A DNA stretch of 56,948 bases from Candidatus Wolfebacteria bacterium RIFOXYB1_FULL_54_12 (GCA_001793895.1 MGIT01000004.1:8517-65464), one strand, 5' to 3'; positions 35,306-46,653 are shown, counted from the stretch's first letter. The notes: generated from the letters alone by a model not told the origin. Numbers and translations: made by a program.

Positions 35306-38300
35306 ATGACAACACGCAAAACTCTCCGCACATTTGCAACTCGCGGGGTTGTGTTTGCTATGGTACTGATGATGGCGTTGTCGAATGTGTTTATGGCGAA
35401 CGCGGCGACGTATACATTTATACAGACCGACTGGAGCGGCGGGCAATCGGCGGCGACCGCTGTTGACCCGACCAACCTTACCGGATGGACGCAATATGCA
35501 ACTGCGAGCACTTCGCTGGCCATTGGCACAAGCGTTGCGCTGACCACTACCAGCACTTCCATTACACAGACCGATGAAGGCGCGACCAATACCGGTTTTA
35601 ATTTGAGCGGAAGCAGTTTTTCCCAAACGGAAGTCAGCGGTACCGGAGCTTCCGCATCGGTTCTGCTTCAGAACACTTCGGTGTCTCCGGGGACGAAACA
35701 AATAGCTGCGGGGAATTACTTTTCCTGCGCGCTCAAAACCGATGGGTCGGTGATGTGTTGGGGAAAAAATTCTACCGGCACACTCGGGGATGGCACAAAC
35801 ACCCAAAGAAACATTCCCACCCAAGTGTCCGGCTTAACTGCCGGTACGGTGAAGGCGCTCACCGCGGGAGCTAACCATACCTGTGCACTCAAGACCGACG
35901 GATCGGTAGTGTGTTGGGGGAGTAATTATTATGGCCAAGGCGGGAATGGTGCTGACACGACTAGATACATCCCTACTCAAGTCTCTGGCCTGACCGCGGG
36001 TACGGTAAAGGAAATTACTGCGGGAGATAATCATACCTGCGCACTCAAGACCGACGGATCGGCTGTGTGCTGGGGGCAAAATGACAACGGTCAAATTGGG
36101 GATACTACTCTCACGAGTCGATACATCCCCACCCAGGTATCCGGCTTGACCGCAGGCACGGTAAAGGGAATTTCCGGGGGAACTTACCATACCTGCGCAC
36201 TCAAGACCGACGGATCGGCGGTGTGTTGGGGAAATGGTGATAATGGTCGGCGTGGGGATGGCACCACCACACAAGTAACTATCCCCACTCAGGTGTCCGG
36301 CTTGACCGCAGGCACGGTGAAAGAAATTGTGGCGAGATATGATCATACCTGCGCACTCAAGACCGACGGATCGGCTGTGTGTTGGGGAAGTAATACATAT
36401 GGACAAATGGGGGATAATACCACCACGGAGAGACTCATCCCTACCCAGGTTTCCGGGTTGACGGCAGGCACGGTGAATAAAATCGTTACAGAATATCGTC
36501 ACACCTGCGCACTCAAAACCGACGGTTCGGCGGTGTGCTGGGGGTATAACGCATATGGACAGATAGGGGATAATACCACCACACAGAGACTCGTCCCTAC
36601 CCAGGTTTCCGGGTTGACGGCAGGCACGGTGAAAGAAATTACCGGGGGATATTACCACACCTGCGCACTTAAGACCGATGGGTCGGTGATATGTTGGGGA
36701 TTCAACGGCAATGGCCAACTCGGTGATAACACCACTACGCAAAGACTCATCCCCACCCAGGTATCCGGTTTGGTGACCGGGAGCGGGCAGGAGAAGATTG
36801 TTAAGGGAGATTTCCACACCTGCGCACTCAAGAACGACGGATCGGTAGTGTGTTGGGGTCAGAACACGGAAGGTCAGATCGGGGACAACACTACTGCAAA
36901 TAAGTCCATCCCTACACAGGTCTCGGGATTGACTGCCGGCACGGTGAAGGAAATTACCGGGGGAACATATCACACCTGCGCACTCAAGACCGACGGTTCG
37001 ATGGTGTGTTGGGGGGGTAATTATACCGGTCAGATCGGGGATAATACCACCACTCAAAGAAACGTTCCCACCCAAGTGTCTGGACTTACGGCTGGCACGG
37101 TAAAGGAAATTACTGCGGGAGCTACTCATACCTGCGCACTTAAGACCGACGGATCGGCGGTGTGTTGGGGGTATAATATTTTCAGTCAGCTTGGAGATAG
37201 TACCACCGAAAACAAATCCATCCCCACCCAGGTGTCCGGCTTGACTGCAGGCACGGTGAATGAAGTTGATGTAGGAGATAACCACTCCTGCGCACTCAAG
37301 ACCGATGGAACAATGGTGTGTTGGGGGCTTAATAGCAGTGGACAACTTGGCGACAATACCACCGCAAATAAATCCATCCCCACCCAGGTGTCCGGCTTGA
37401 CTGCAGGTACGGTGAAAGAAATTATGGCGGGAGGTTATCACACCTGCGCGCTCAAGACCGATGGAGCAATGGTGTGTTGGGGGCTTAATTCTTATGGTCA
37501 AATTGGGGATAATACCGAGACCCAAAGACTCATCCCCACTCAGGTGTCCGGCTTGACTGCAGGTACGGTAAATGAAATTACGGTAGGATATAACCACACC
37601 TGCGCACTCAAGACCGACGGTTCGGCGAGGTGTTGGGGGGGTAACAGCCATGGCCAACTCGGAGATAGCACCGCTACATACAGAATCATTCCCACCCAGG
37701 TGTCCAGCTTGACTGCCGGCACTGTAAAGGAAGTTGTGGCGGGATATCTCAACGCTTGTGCTATTAAGACCGATAGTGCGGCTGTGTGTTGGGGATATAA
37801 TGGCCAGGGTCAGCTTGGGGACGGGACTCTCGAAGGTAAATATATCCCCACCCAGGTCTCGGGCCTGACCGCAGGAGGAGGCGGTAGCGTATATGCCGCA
37901 TCCGGCACATACACGTCCGGTGCGATGGACATCGGCGAGATTTCAGGATATACGACACTCGCCTACACTGCATCCACGAGCGTGCAGGCGACGCTGACTA
38001 TCGACGCGCGCAGTGGAAACACGGCAACGCCCGATGGCACATGGACCGCGTGGCAGACCGGCATTGCAACGGGCGGAAGCATTTCCACACTCGGCACAAA
38101 CCGCTACTTCCAGTACCAGGCAAATTTAGCAACAAGCGACACCGGGCAAACGCCAACCCTGGACTCCGTTTCTGTCGGCTACAGCGCTTATGCAACCAAC
38201 CAAACACTGACCTCGTCGAAGTATGACACCGGCGCAGTGGAAAACAGCATGGGTTCCCTTATATGGGATGAGGACGCTTCCTTGCCGACCGGCACGACCA

Positions 38301-41300
38301 TAACCGTTTCCCTTGGCACCGCGTCGAGCTCGACTGGATTGGATACCGCAACATGGTACGGTTTTACCAGTACATCAACAAACTGTGCAAAGGTAAGCAC
38401 TACCGTTACCTGCCCTTCCGCGGCCCTTTCGTCCGCTTCGGCAACATTGACCGACAGCACGGATGACCGATGGTACCATTACAAGGTACTAATGACTTCA
38501 ACCGGAGCAAATGCGCCCACGCTGCCGGAGGTCCGCGTGCAATATGTGGTAAACGCCCCGCCGGAACTTGCGGGAGTTACCGCCCTACAGATCGCAACTT
38601 CAAGCGATGCCAATTGGGGCAAGGTACAGATAGACTACACGGTGCGCGACATAGACACGGATACCGGATCGGTCACCCAGGGATACATAACCCCGTCATT
38701 TGAATACACCATCGGCGGCGGGTGGATCGCCATCGCATCTTCTACGCTTTCCGCGGGAGCGACCTCCAATAAACTTGTTACGCAGGTCGGTTTTACCGCA
38801 TATAGCGCACTTTGGGATGTGAAGACCGCGATTCCCGGACAATATTCCGCAAGCGCCCAGATCCGCGTGACCGCCAATGACAATGAAGCCGCGAATAGCA
38901 CGGGAACAGGAACCGCGACGGCCTTTACCGTCGACACCACGGCTCCGACCGTTTCGGGAACCATCAATGGAACTTCCAATGAAATCTCATTTTCCGCCAG
39001 CGACGACGGGCTTGTTTCCTATCGCATATCGAACAATAGCGATGGCTCCTACGACAGCGTAAATGCAAGCTCGGGCCAATGGATCGCCGCGGGTGCAACG
39101 TCGGCAAGCGCCACCACCACGTGGGTACTCGCCGGGGCACCGGACAACCAGATCGCCCATCTTAACGGCCTCGATATCTATGGAAACGCGGCAACGACAA
39201 CCATCGTAGGGCCGGCCACGCCGATCTACTTCGACATCAAGGACGCATCGAACGTGCTTATCGACAACTACAAGATATTCCTGTCGTGGAAGACATACAC
39301 CGCGACCACCTCGGCGTCGTTCAACCGGTATGAGCTGTACCGCTCAACAGATGGATCGAGCTATGGATTGCAGAGCACCCTTACCAACTCCGCAACCAAC
39401 TACTACGCCGACTCCGGGCTTTCTTCGTCGACCACCTACTACTATAAGCTGTTGGCCGTCGACGGGGATGGGGATGTTTCCCCGTATTCCACCGCGCTCA
39501 GCCACATGCCCAGCGGACAGGGGGGAACCGATTCTACCCCGCCCGCGCTGTCGCTGATAACGGCGACCGATACCCAGTCGACCTATTCGAAGGTTACATT
39601 CACGACAAACGAAATCGCATTCGGCACGATCGAATATCATGCCGCAGGAGGGTCGCCGTATGCACTCTCCGAAGTAAAGAGCACTATTGAAACCAGCCAC
39701 ACCATAGTACTTACCGATCTTACGCCGAACACCGTCTATACGTATCGCGTAAAGGCGACCGACATCGCCGGCAACATAACCACCGATGACAATGCCGGGG
39801 CGGGTTACACGTTTACGACCCGCGGCGGACCCATCATTACCGATGTAACGGCAAGCCTTACCGATGACCGCAATGCGACCATCGTGTGGAACACGAATGT
39901 GGATTCGAATTCCACCTTGGTTTATGCCGAAAATGCCATAACGCTTACGAACGGAATAAACGCGACCGCAGTGCAGGATACTACGTTTGCCGGAGGCGCA
40001 GGCCCGCTGTACCAGCACAAGATCGTGCTGACCAGCCTTACCCCGCGCACGACCTACTACTACTATGTGCAGTCGACCGATGCCGACGGCAATGCGGGCG
40101 TGGACAAGAACGGACTCAACTACTACACCTTCACCACGTCGTATGACCGCAAGGCGCCGACCGTTTCCGCCATCTTGACTCCGGTGATCACCGAGACCGC
40201 CGTGGTCGTCCTGTGGAAGACCGACGAACTCTCCGATTCCCAGGTGTCTTACGGCACCGAATCCGGCACCTACACCGAAACCACCACGCTCGACACCAAT
40301 ATGTCGATCATGCACGCGGTTACCCTGACCGGCCTTACCGCAGCTACGCAATATTACTACGTTGTACTTTCAAGCGATCCGGCCGGCAATGCAACGACTT
40401 CCCCGGAAAAGACCGTGACCTCGGCCAGCGCAGCGGAAGTGCAGATCGTTACCGTCGGAGGCGGAGGCGGAGCCGGAATGACAAACAATCCGCCGCCGGA
40501 AGTAAAGGACACCACGTCGGCCATAATCAGCAACATCAAGGTTGCGAGCACGACCGCATTCGGCGCGACGCTTTCGTTTGAAACGAGCGAGCCAACCGTG
40601 ATCGGATTGCGTTACGGCCAGACCACCGCGTATGACCGTGCGGAAGCAAGCATCGATTGGAAAATATCGCATGAGATCAAACTCAGCGGCTTGCGCTTGG
40701 GAACCATGTACCATTTCCAGATCAAGGCAATCGATAAGGGAGGCAACGAAGCCTTTTCCGACGACAGCACCTTTACGACGAAGTTTATTGCGGAAGCAAG
40801 CGAAGGCGCACGAACAATAGAAAACCTTCAGCAGTATGAGCAGGAGATCGAAGATTCGCTCGCATCCATTCTGCCGTCCATTCTGCCTCCGTTCGTTGAA
40901 GATGCACGGGTGACCGACATAACGGAAAGTGCAGCTACCATTAATTGGCGAACGAACATCAATTCGTATGCGACCGTTTCGTATGCGACCGAAGAAGAGT
41001 ACTTGGCCGCTACCACAACCCGAACCGTATACACAGGAGAGGTTTCCGATATTACCACCAAGACCAGAGAGCATTCACTGATTCTTATCGGACTCAAGCC
41101 GAATACGACCTACCACTTTAAGTCGAAGTCATTCTCCGTGCCGCAGGTGGTCGGCGAAGGCCGCGATATGACCTTTACCACGAAGGCGCCTGCCGTACAG
41201 GCGAGCGTGATCGACGTAAAGACCACATCGTTCCGCGCCGCATGGACGACCGACGTTCCGGCAAGTTCCATTGTGGAGTACAAGAACCTGGCCACGGGAG

Positions 41301-41851
41301 TCATCGAGCGCATCATCAACGAGCCGTTGGTAACTTACCACGATATCCTCGTCGACAATCTTCGCCCGGGAACCCGCTATGAAGTAAAGGTGCTCGGCTA
41401 CAGCGCATCAGGCAACCTGCTTTCATCGGGAGCAGTCATGAATGTACTGACTTCGACCGACATTTCCGCACCAAAGATCAGCAACTTCAAGGTTGACGGC
41501 GCATTGGTACCGGGCCGCACGGACCGCATCCAGACCATCGTGTCATGGACGACCGACGAACCGGGAACCGGCATCGTGGAATATCAGGAGGGAGCGGGAA
41601 GCGTAGCCGGCGGGTTTGCCAACAAGGTAACCCTTACCGACAACTATGTAACCAACCACGTAGTCATCTTGACCAACCTGAAGCCGGGAACCATCTACCA
41701 GTTTAGGATCACATCGGCAGACCAGGCAGGCAACACCGCCAGCTTCGGTCCGAGAACGATCATCACCCCGCAAAAGGGCGAGTCGATCTTCGACGTCATC
41801 TTCAAGAACTTTGAAGACACCTTTAAGTTCTTGAGGGGTGCGGGACAGTAA
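35306..41851 (+). CDS. giant secreted surface protein: signal peptide, 14 RCC1-like blades, Thr/Ser-rich beta region, multiple Fn3-like modules
   Basis: MTTRKTLRTFATRGVVFAMVLMMALSNVFMANA-AT signal. Blades CALKTDGS.VCWG.N..GQ.GD.T...R.IPTQVSGLTAGTVKEI..G..HT. C-terminal W.T..P..S.V.YG...Y.Y.V...D..GN modules. The maximal ORF starts at 34961. Confidence 0.85.
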   Translation: MTTRKTLRTFATRGVVFAMVLMMALSNVFMANAATYTFIQTDWSGGQSAATAVDPTNLTGWTQYATASTSLAIGTSVALTTTSTSITQTDEGATNTGFNLSGSSFSQTEVSGTGASASVLLQNTSVSPGTKQIAAGNYFSCALKTDGSVMCWGKNSTGTLGDGTNTQRNIPTQVSGLTAGTVKALTAGANHTCALKTDGSVVCWGSNYYGQGGNGADTTRYIPTQVSGLTAGTVKEITAGDNHTCALKTDGSAVCWGQNDNGQIGDTTLTSRYIPTQVSGLTAGTVKGISGGTYHTCALKTDGSAVCWGNGDNGRRGDGTTTQVTIPTQVSGLTAGTVKEIVARYDHTCALKTDGSAVCWGSNTYGQMGDNTTTERLIPTQVSGLTAGTVNKIVTEYRHTCALKTDGSAVCWGYNAYGQIGDNTTTQRLVPTQVSGLTAGTVKEITGGYYHTCALKTDGSVICWGFNGNGQLGDNTTTQRLIPTQVSGLVTGSGQEKIVKGDFHTCALKNDGSVVCWGQNTEGQIGDNTTANKSIPTQVSGLTAGTVKEITGGTYHTCALKTDGSMVCWGGNYTGQIGDNTTTQRNVPTQVSGLTAGTVKEITAGATHTCALKTDGSAVCWGYNIFSQLGDSTTENKSIPTQVSGLTAGTVNEVDVGDNHSCALKTDGTMVCWGLNSSGQLGDNTTANKSIPTQVSGLTAGTVKEIMAGGYHTCALKTDGAMVCWGLNSYGQIGDNTETQRLIPTQVSGLTAGTVNEITVGYNHTCALKTDGSARCWGGNSHGQLGDSTATYRIIPTQVSSLTAGTVKEVVAGYLNACAIKTDSAAVCWGYNGQGQLGDGTLEGKYIPTQVSGLTAGGGGSVYAASGTYTSGAMDIGEISGYTTLAYTASTSVQATLTIDARSGNTATPDGTWTAWQTGIATGGSISTLGTNRYFQYQANLATSDTGQTPTLDSVSVGYSAYATNQTLTSSKYDTGAVENSMGSLIWDEDASLPTGTTITVSLGTASSSTGLDTATWYGFTSTSTNCAKVSTTVTCPSAALSSASATLTDSTDDRWYHYKVLMTSTGANAPTLPEVRVQYVVNAPPELAGVTALQIATSSDANWGKVQIDYTVRDIDTDTGSVTQGYITPSFEYTIGGGWIAIASSTLSAGATSNKLVTQVGFTAYSALWDVKTAIPGQYSASAQIRVTANDNEAANSTGTGTATAFTVDTTAPTVSGTINGTSNEISFSASDDGLVSYRISNNSDGSYDSVNASSGQWIAAGATSASATTTWVLAGAPDNQIAHLNGLDIYGNAATTTIVGPATPIYFDIKDASNVLIDNYKIFLSWKTYTATTSASFNRYELYRSTDGSSYGLQSTLTNSATNYYADSGLSSSTTYYYKLLAVDGDGDVSPYSTALSHMPSGQGGTDSTPPALSLITATDTQSTYSKVTFTTNEIAFGTIEYHAAGGSPYALSEVKSTIETSHTIVLTDLTPNTVYTYRVKATDIAGNITTDDNAGAGYTFTTRGGPIITDVTASLTDDRNATIVWNTNVDSNSTLVYAENAITLTNGINATAVQDTTFAGGAGPLYQHKIVLTSLTPRTTYYYYVQSTDADGNAGVDKNGLNYYTFTTSYDRKAPTVSAILTPVITETAVVVLWKTDELSDSQVSYGTESGTYTETTTLDTNMSIMHAVTLTGLTAATQYYYVVLSSDPAGNATTSPEKTVTSASAAEVQIVTVGGGGGAGMTNNPPPEVKDTTSAIISNIKVASTTAFGATLSFETSEPTVIGLRYGQTTAYDRAEASIDWKISHEIKLSGLRLGTMYHFQIKAIDKGGNEAFSDDSTFTTKFIAEASEGARTIENLQQYEQEIEDSLASILPSILPPFVEDARVTDITESAATINWRTNINSYATVSYATEEEYLAATTTRTVYTGEVSDITTKTREHSLILIGLKPNTTYHFKSKSFSVPQVVGEGRDMTFTTKAPAVQASVIDVKTTSFRAAWTTDVPASSIVEYKNLATGVIERIINEPLVTYHDILVDNLRPGTRYEVKVLGYSASGNLLSSGAVMNVLTSTDISAPKISNFKVDGALVPGRTDRIQTIVSWTTDEPGTGIVEYQEGAGSVAGGFANKVTLTDNYVTNHVVILTNLKPGTIYQFRITSADQAGNTASFGPRTIITPQKGESIFDVIFKNFEDTFKFLRGAGQ
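35726..37876 (+). repeat. 14 tandem 156-bp coding repeats (one of 159 bp, the last partial)
   Basis: Unit boundaries counted from the Cys codon at 35726. Long nucleotide-identical stretches between units. Confidence 0.9.
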
Positions 41852-41903
41852 ACATACAGTATACGGTATGAGGTAGCAGGTATACGGTATAGATACAAAC
41901 AAA

Positions 41904-41932
41904 AAGGAATCGCGTAAGCGATTCCTTTTTTA
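41904..41932 (+). terminator. Rho-independent terminator after the giant gene
   Basis: AGGAATCGC-gtaa-GCGATTCCT followed by T6. Confidence 0.75.
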
Positions 41933-42067
41933 TTGGGGGGTATTGTCATCCCGAGTGCAACGCAGCGAAGCAGAGTGAAATCAAGGGATCCGCAGTAAAA
42001 ACAGATTCCTCGTCTGCCGGCTGGCAGACCGGGATGACAATGCGGGCTGCGGGGAAGGGCAACGCGC

Positions 42068-42565
42068 CTATTTCACTTCGATAATGCGTTCGTTGATGGT
42101 TTCGCCATAGGAAAGCGTGACTGTTATTTTTTCGCGGGGGAGCGCCTTTGCTATGCGCTCGGGCCATTCGATAAGAATGATATTCTGCGGGTCGGCGAGC
42201 AGCTCCTTAAATCCGAGTTCTTTTATTTCACTCGCATCGCCGATACGATAACAGTCAAAGTGGTGCGCTTTGGTGAACACAGATCCCTCGGCTTCTCCGC
42301 CTACTAACGGATGCGCTCGGGATGACAATGCATACGAACGAAGTAGAGTAAAAGTTGGGCTCACGATTTTTTTCTTTACGCCGAGCTCGCGCAATAAACC
42401 TTGAATAAAGGTTGTCTTCCCTGCCCCGAGATCGCCTTTAAAAACAACGACAAAAGCGTGTTTTCCCGATTTTGTCCGTGCTATTTCTTCAGCGAACAGC
42501 CTTGCTATTTTTTTTGTTTGTACGGGGGAGGTTGTTTGGTACTGCATATTTCTCGCTATTGACAA
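42068..42565 (-). CDS. tsaE: tRNA t6A37 biosynthesis protein TsaE
   Basis: FKGDLGAGKTTFIQGLLRELGV, SPTFTLL, HHFDCYRI. Carries a repeat-derived insertion at 42281..42330. Confidence 0.85.
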   Translation of the reverse strand: MSIARNMQYQTTSPVQTKKIARLFAEEIARTKSGKHAFVVVFKGDLGAGKTTFIQGLLRELGVKKKIVSPTFTLLRSYALSSRAHPLVGGEAEGSVFTKAHHFDCYRIGDASEIKELGFKELLADPQNIILIEWPERIAKALPREKITVTLSYGETINERIIEVK

Positions 42566-42629
42566 TTTTCTCCATATATCTATACTAATACTATCATTTC
42601 GACGAAAAACGCCCCTTAAGGTTCTGTCC

Positions 42630-43130
42630 TTATGGGGTTTTTTTCTTGTATTCCAGTTTCCCTCTTAGGTCGTCCATGAAGTCTGACTTGCCCTTTCCAC
42701 TTTTTCTCAATAGAACCGAGTATGCTTTGCGGTTCGGAGCCAGCACTCGCTCTAATTTATTTTTTCCTTCCAAGTAGTTTACCAGACATGCAAAATCGCC
42801 GTCACTCGAAACGATGACCGCTTTATTATAATTAGGGTATTCGATCATTGTATGCAATACCAATTCGGCATCAACATTTCCTTTAATAATGCCGTCCTTA
42901 CTTTTTAACGTTGGTTTGAAAACCAAAATATACCCCGCCTCCTGCAAGGATGTGTAAAGATTTTGATTTCCTTCAATGTAGCCTATAAAGTAATATGCCT
43001 TTTTTACCGAATATTTTTCCTGTAAATATATTCGAAACCTCTTAAAATCAAGCGACCATCCCATGCGCTTAATGGAAAGGTTTAGATTTTGTCCATCAAT
43101 AAAGGCAAAATTATCTCCTTCCTTTTTCAT
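42630..43130 (-). CDS. NYN (LabA-like) domain protein
   Basis: FAFIDGQNLNLS, GNVDAELVLH, VIVSSDGDFACLV. Confidence 0.8.
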   Translation of the reverse strand: MKKEGDNFAFIDGQNLNLSIKRMGWSLDFKRFRIYLQEKYSVKKAYYFIGYIEGNQNLYTSLQEAGYILVFKPTLKSKDGIIKGNVDAELVLHTMIEYPNYNKAVIVSSDGDFACLVNYLEGKNKLERVLAPNRKAYSVLLRKSGKGKSDFMDDLRGKLEYKKKTP

Positions 43131-43165
43131 TTATTTACGGTATCATTTTTCTTCATACTGCGCAA

Positions 43166-43192
43166 ACAAAAACAACCCCGAAGGGTTGTTTT
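43166..43192 (-). terminator. Rho-independent terminator after rpsI
   Basis: AACAACCC-cttc-GGGTTGTT followed by T-rich sequence on the minus strand. Confidence 0.7.
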
Positions 43193-43213
43193 TGCAAGAA
43201 AATATAATCAAGA

Positions 43214-43774
43214 TTATCTTTTCTTCCACTGCGGGGCGCGGCGTGCCTTTTTGAGGCCCGGCTTCTTTCGTTCCACTGCCCGCGGATCGCGGGTCAACAG
43301 ATCGAGTCTGCGCAAACGCTTCTGAAATACCGGGTTGAATTCGATCAAAGCCCGGGCGATTCCGAGACGTGCGGCTTGCGCCTGTGCCATCGGTCCTCCT
43401 CCCTTTACCTTGATGATTGCTCCCAGCTTGTCGGCGATCTTCATCTTTTCAAGCGGGCTCTCGACATCCTTCTCGAAGCGCTCTACGCCAAAGTAGGCTT
43501 TTAGCGTCTTGTCGTTTATCTTGATGCCCTCCATTTTGGTGAAGAGTCGTACGCGGGCAACCGCGGTCTTTCTGCGACCGACGGCTTCGAAGTACTTATC
43601 CTTCTTGCCACTGCGCTTCGGCTTCCCTTCGGTAGCTTCCTCAACTGCTTCCACTTCGGCGATCGTATCTTCGATCGTTACGGCTTCGGCAGCTGCGTCG
43701 ACAACCTCTTCGGCTTTTTCCTTCGACTTGCTCAGGACTTCGTCCTTTTTTGTTTTTTTCGTTGTTTCCGTCAT
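43214..43774 (-). CDS. rpsI: 30S ribosomal protein S9 with an acidic ~55-aa N-terminal extension
   Basis: GRRKTAVARVRL..., GGGPMAQAQAARLGIARAL, C-terminal RAPQWKKR. Confidence 0.9.
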   Translation of the reverse strand: MTETTKKTKKDEVLSKSKEKAEEVVDAAAEAVTIEDTIAEVEAVEEATEGKPKRSGKKDKYFEAVGRRKTAVARVRLFTKMEGIKINDKTLKAYFGVERFEKDVESPLEKMKIADKLGAIIKVKGGGPMAQAQAARLGIARALIEFNPVFQKRLRRLDLLTRDPRAVERKKPGLKKARRAPQWKKR

Positions 43775-43879
43775 ATAAATAACCTATAACCTACAACCCA
43801 TAACCTACAACGGAATTACTTATTCAGCATGCACCGTTTGTATGTTTGTTATTGGTTTTTGGTTTTTGGTTTTTGGTTA
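43775..43879 (-). repeat. intercistronic long hairpin built from complementary heptamer blocks
   Basis: mRNA sense (AAAAACC)n...(GGTTRTA)n, ending directly at the rpsI ATG. Confidence 0.7.
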
Positions 43880-44221
43880 TTACTCGATGATCAACCGCTT
43901 CATGCGGGGGACTTGCAATCGGTTCTTTGGCAACATGCGCATGACCGCACGCTTCAACACCTCCTGCTTTCCCTTTTTTGCTACGACCTCCGCATAGGTT
44001 TCTTCTTTGATTCCACCCATGTATCCGGAGTGGTGATAGTAGACCTTATCGGATTCCTTCTTTCCGCTGATCGTCATGCCGTCAACGTTCTTTACGATCA
44101 CCCGATCTTCGCCCGCGAGCCTCGGCTCGTAATTCGGACTCTTCTTGCCCTGCAAGATAGTCGAGATCTCAGTCGCCAGTCGGCCCATATTCTGATTTTT
44201 TGCGTCTATTGTGTAGTCCAT
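43880..44221 (-). CDS. rplM: 50S ribosomal protein L13 (short, 113 aa)
   Basis: YTIDAKNQNMGRLATEISTILQGKKSPNYEP...YYHHSGYMGG. Confidence 0.9.
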   Translation of the reverse strand: MDYTIDAKNQNMGRLATEISTILQGKKSPNYEPRLAGEDRVIVKNVDGMTISGKKESDKVYYHHSGYMGGIKEETYAEVVAKKGKQEVLKRAVMRMLPKNRLQVPRMKRLIIE

Positions 44222-44299
44222 ATCTGTGAGCCTTTATTTCGGCTTTTGTTTATTTTTACCGAAATAATTGCTTTAAGTCAAATGATAGTGCAAATGGCA

Positions 44300-44490
44300 T
44301 GCCTCGCTCACTGGATACCGGCTTTCTCCGGTATGACAGAGGGGTGCTGGATTCCCGTTTTCACGGGAATGACAATGCACTGGGATACCGGCTTTCGCCG
44401 GTATGACAATGCACTGGATTCCCGCCGGAGTTTATCCCGTACTTGATACGGGACCCGCATTGGGAATGACACGTGCGCGGGAGCGTCATC
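44300..44490. repeat. hairpin-repeat array
   Basis: ggataccggctttctccggtatgaca, ggattcccgttttcacgggaatgaca, ggataccggctttcgccggtatgaca, and others. Confidence 0.85.
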
Positions 44491-44508
44491 CACACAATTC
44501 ATTTTTTA

Positions 44509-46653
44509 TTATTTTCGGCCTTCAACGATCTGTTGGGTGATGTTGTTCGGCACTTCTTCATAATGGTCGAATACCATTGAGAAGCTTCCTCGACCTTGAG
44601 TCATTGAGCGCAACTTGGTCGCGTATCCGAACATTTCGGACAGCGGTACCATGGCGTCGATAACTTTGATGTTTGAACGGTCATTCATCGATTCGATGCG
44701 TCCGCGCTTCGAGTTGATGTCGCCGGTGATGTCGCCCATGAATTCGGTCGGTACCAATACCTGCACCGCCATGAACGGTTCGGTCAATACCGGCTTTGCC
44801 TTCTTTGCCGCGTCGGCGAATGCCATACCTGCGGCGAGTTTGAACGCGATTTCGGATGAGTCGACCTCGTGGAACGATCCATCGTACAACGTCACTTCGA
44901 CGTCGGACAACGGGAATCCTGCGATGACGCCCTTATCCATTGATTCGCGCAAGCCTTTTTCAACGGGGGATATGAACTCCTGCGGAATTGCACCTCCTTT
45001 GATCTGGTTCACGAAGACAAATCCTTTGCCCTGCTCTGACGGCTTCATCTTGATCTTTACGTGTCCGTATTGACCCTTACCACCGGACTGCTTCACGTAC
45101 TTTCCTTCGGCATCCGCTTCGCCTTTGATGGCTTCGCGGTAGGCTACCTGCGGTCGGCCCGTGTTCGCTTCAACGTTGAACTCGCGCTTCATGCGGTCGA
45201 TGAGAATTTCAAGATGAAGTTCTCCCATACCGGCAATGATCGTTTCTCCCGTTTCCTGATCGCTCGAGATGCGGAAGGTCGGATCTTCTTCGGCAAGGCG
45301 TCGCATGGCGATACCCATCTTTTCCTGGTCAGCCTTGGTCTTCGGCTCGATGCGAACCGAGATTACCGGCTCAGGGAAGGTGATCTTCTCCAAAACGATC
45401 GGCTTTTCCGGGTCGCACAAGGTGTCGCCGGTCGATGTATTCTTCAACCCGACGATGGCGCCAAGGTCTCCCGCATACATTTCGTCGACTTCTTCGCGCT
45501 TGTTCGAGTGCATGCGCACGATGCGGCTGATGCGTTCCTGATTTCCTTTGCTCGAGTTTAATATGTAGCTGCCCTTTTTGAGCACGCCGGCATATACGCG
45601 GAAATAGGTGAGTGAACCCACGAACGGATCGGTCGCTATCTTGAATGCGAGGCCGGTAAACGGCTCCTCATCGTTCGGCTTGCGGGTCAATGCGATCGAT
45701 TCATCGCGCACATCGGTTCCCTTGATTGGCTTCAGCTCGTCGACTTCCACCGGTGACGGCAGATAATCGATGATCGCGTCGAGCAGGAGCTGTACGCCCT
45801 TGTTCTTCAGCGCCGAACCGGTCAACACCGGCACGAGCCTGTTGTCGATAGTCGCCACGCGCAATGCGGCGCGCAACTCATCTTCGGATATATCTTCTCC
45901 ACCCAAATATTTTTCCATGAGCGCTTCGTCCGTCTCGACGATTCTTTCGACGAGTACGGCGCGCAACGCGTCGGTCTTTTCCTTCAAGTCCGCCGGGATC
46001 TCTTCTTCGACGATGGTTTCGCCATTATTTCCCTTGAACCGGATCGCTTGCATCGTCATCAGGTCTACAACGCCATCAAAATTGGCTTCCGAGCCGATCG
46101 GGTACTGCAGTGCCACCGCATTGGTGGTCAACCGCTCGTGGATCGTGCGGAATGAATGATCGAAGCTCGCGCCAGTGCGGTCCATCTTGTTAATGAAGCA
46201 CATGCGCGGAACGCGATACTTGTCCGCCTGATGCCACACCGTTTCCGACTGCGGCTCTACGCCCGCAACGCCGTCAAACGCTACGACGCCTCCGTCGAGT
46301 ACGCGCAATGAGCGCTCCACTTCAACGGTAAAGTCTACGTGGCCCGGGGTGTCGATTATGTTGATGCGATGTTCGTTCAGCTTCTTTACCTCCTTTCGCT
46401 CCTCGTCGCTTTTCAGGTGACGCGTCTTGCGGCTCGAGGTCCAGAAACAGTTTGTCGCGGCAGACGTAATGGTGATGCCGCGCTCACGCTCCTGTTCCAT
46501 CCAGTCCATGATGGCTTCGCCTTCATGCACCTCGCCGATGCGATGGGAAATACCGGTGTAGAACAAAATGCGTTCGCTGATCGTTGTCTTGCCCGCATCG
46601 ATGTGGGCAATGATCCCGATATCGCGATATCTATCTATTGGATATTGTCTCAT
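44509..46653 (-). CDS. fusA: elongation factor G
   Basis: [31 protein letters not shown], 714 aa. Confidence 0.95.
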   Translation of the reverse strand: MRQYPIDRYRDIGIIAHIDAGKTTISERILFYTGISHRIGEVHEGEAIMDWMEQERERGITITSAATNCFWTSSRKTRHLKSDEERKEVKKLNEHRINIIDTPGHVDFTVEVERSLRVLDGGVVAFDGVAGVEPQSETVWHQADKYRVPRMCFINKMDRTGASFDHSFRTIHERLTTNAVALQYPIGSEANFDGVVDLMTMQAIRFKGNNGETIVEEEIPADLKEKTDALRAVLVERIVETDEALMEKYLGGEDISEDELRAALRVATIDNRLVPVLTGSALKNKGVQLLLDAIIDYLPSPVEVDELKPIKGTDVRDESIALTRKPNDEEPFTGLAFKIATDPFVGSLTYFRVYAGVLKKGSYILNSSKGNQERISRIVRMHSNKREEVDEMYAGDLGAIVGLKNTSTGDTLCDPEKPIVLEKITFPEPVISVRIEPKTKADQEKMGIAMRRLAEEDPTFRISSDQETGETIIAGMGELHLEILIDRMKREFNVEANTGRPQVAYREAIKGEADAEGKYVKQSGGKGQYGHVKIKMKPSEQGKGFVFVNQIKGGAIPQEFISPVEKGLRESMDKGVIAGFPLSDVEVTLYDGSFHEVDSSEIAFKLAAGMAFADAAKKAKPVLTEPFMAVQVLVPTEFMGDITGDINSKRGRIESMNDRSNIKVIDAMVPLSEMFGYATKLRSMTQGRGSFSMVFDHYEEVPNNITQQIVEGRK

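Noticed and set aside
35834-37657. A 607-aa ORF on the minus strand.
   Set aside because: It lies entirely antisense to the 14 tandem RCC1-like coding repeats, so its openness is a by-product of repeat periodicity. The plus-strand frame has clear protein motifs.
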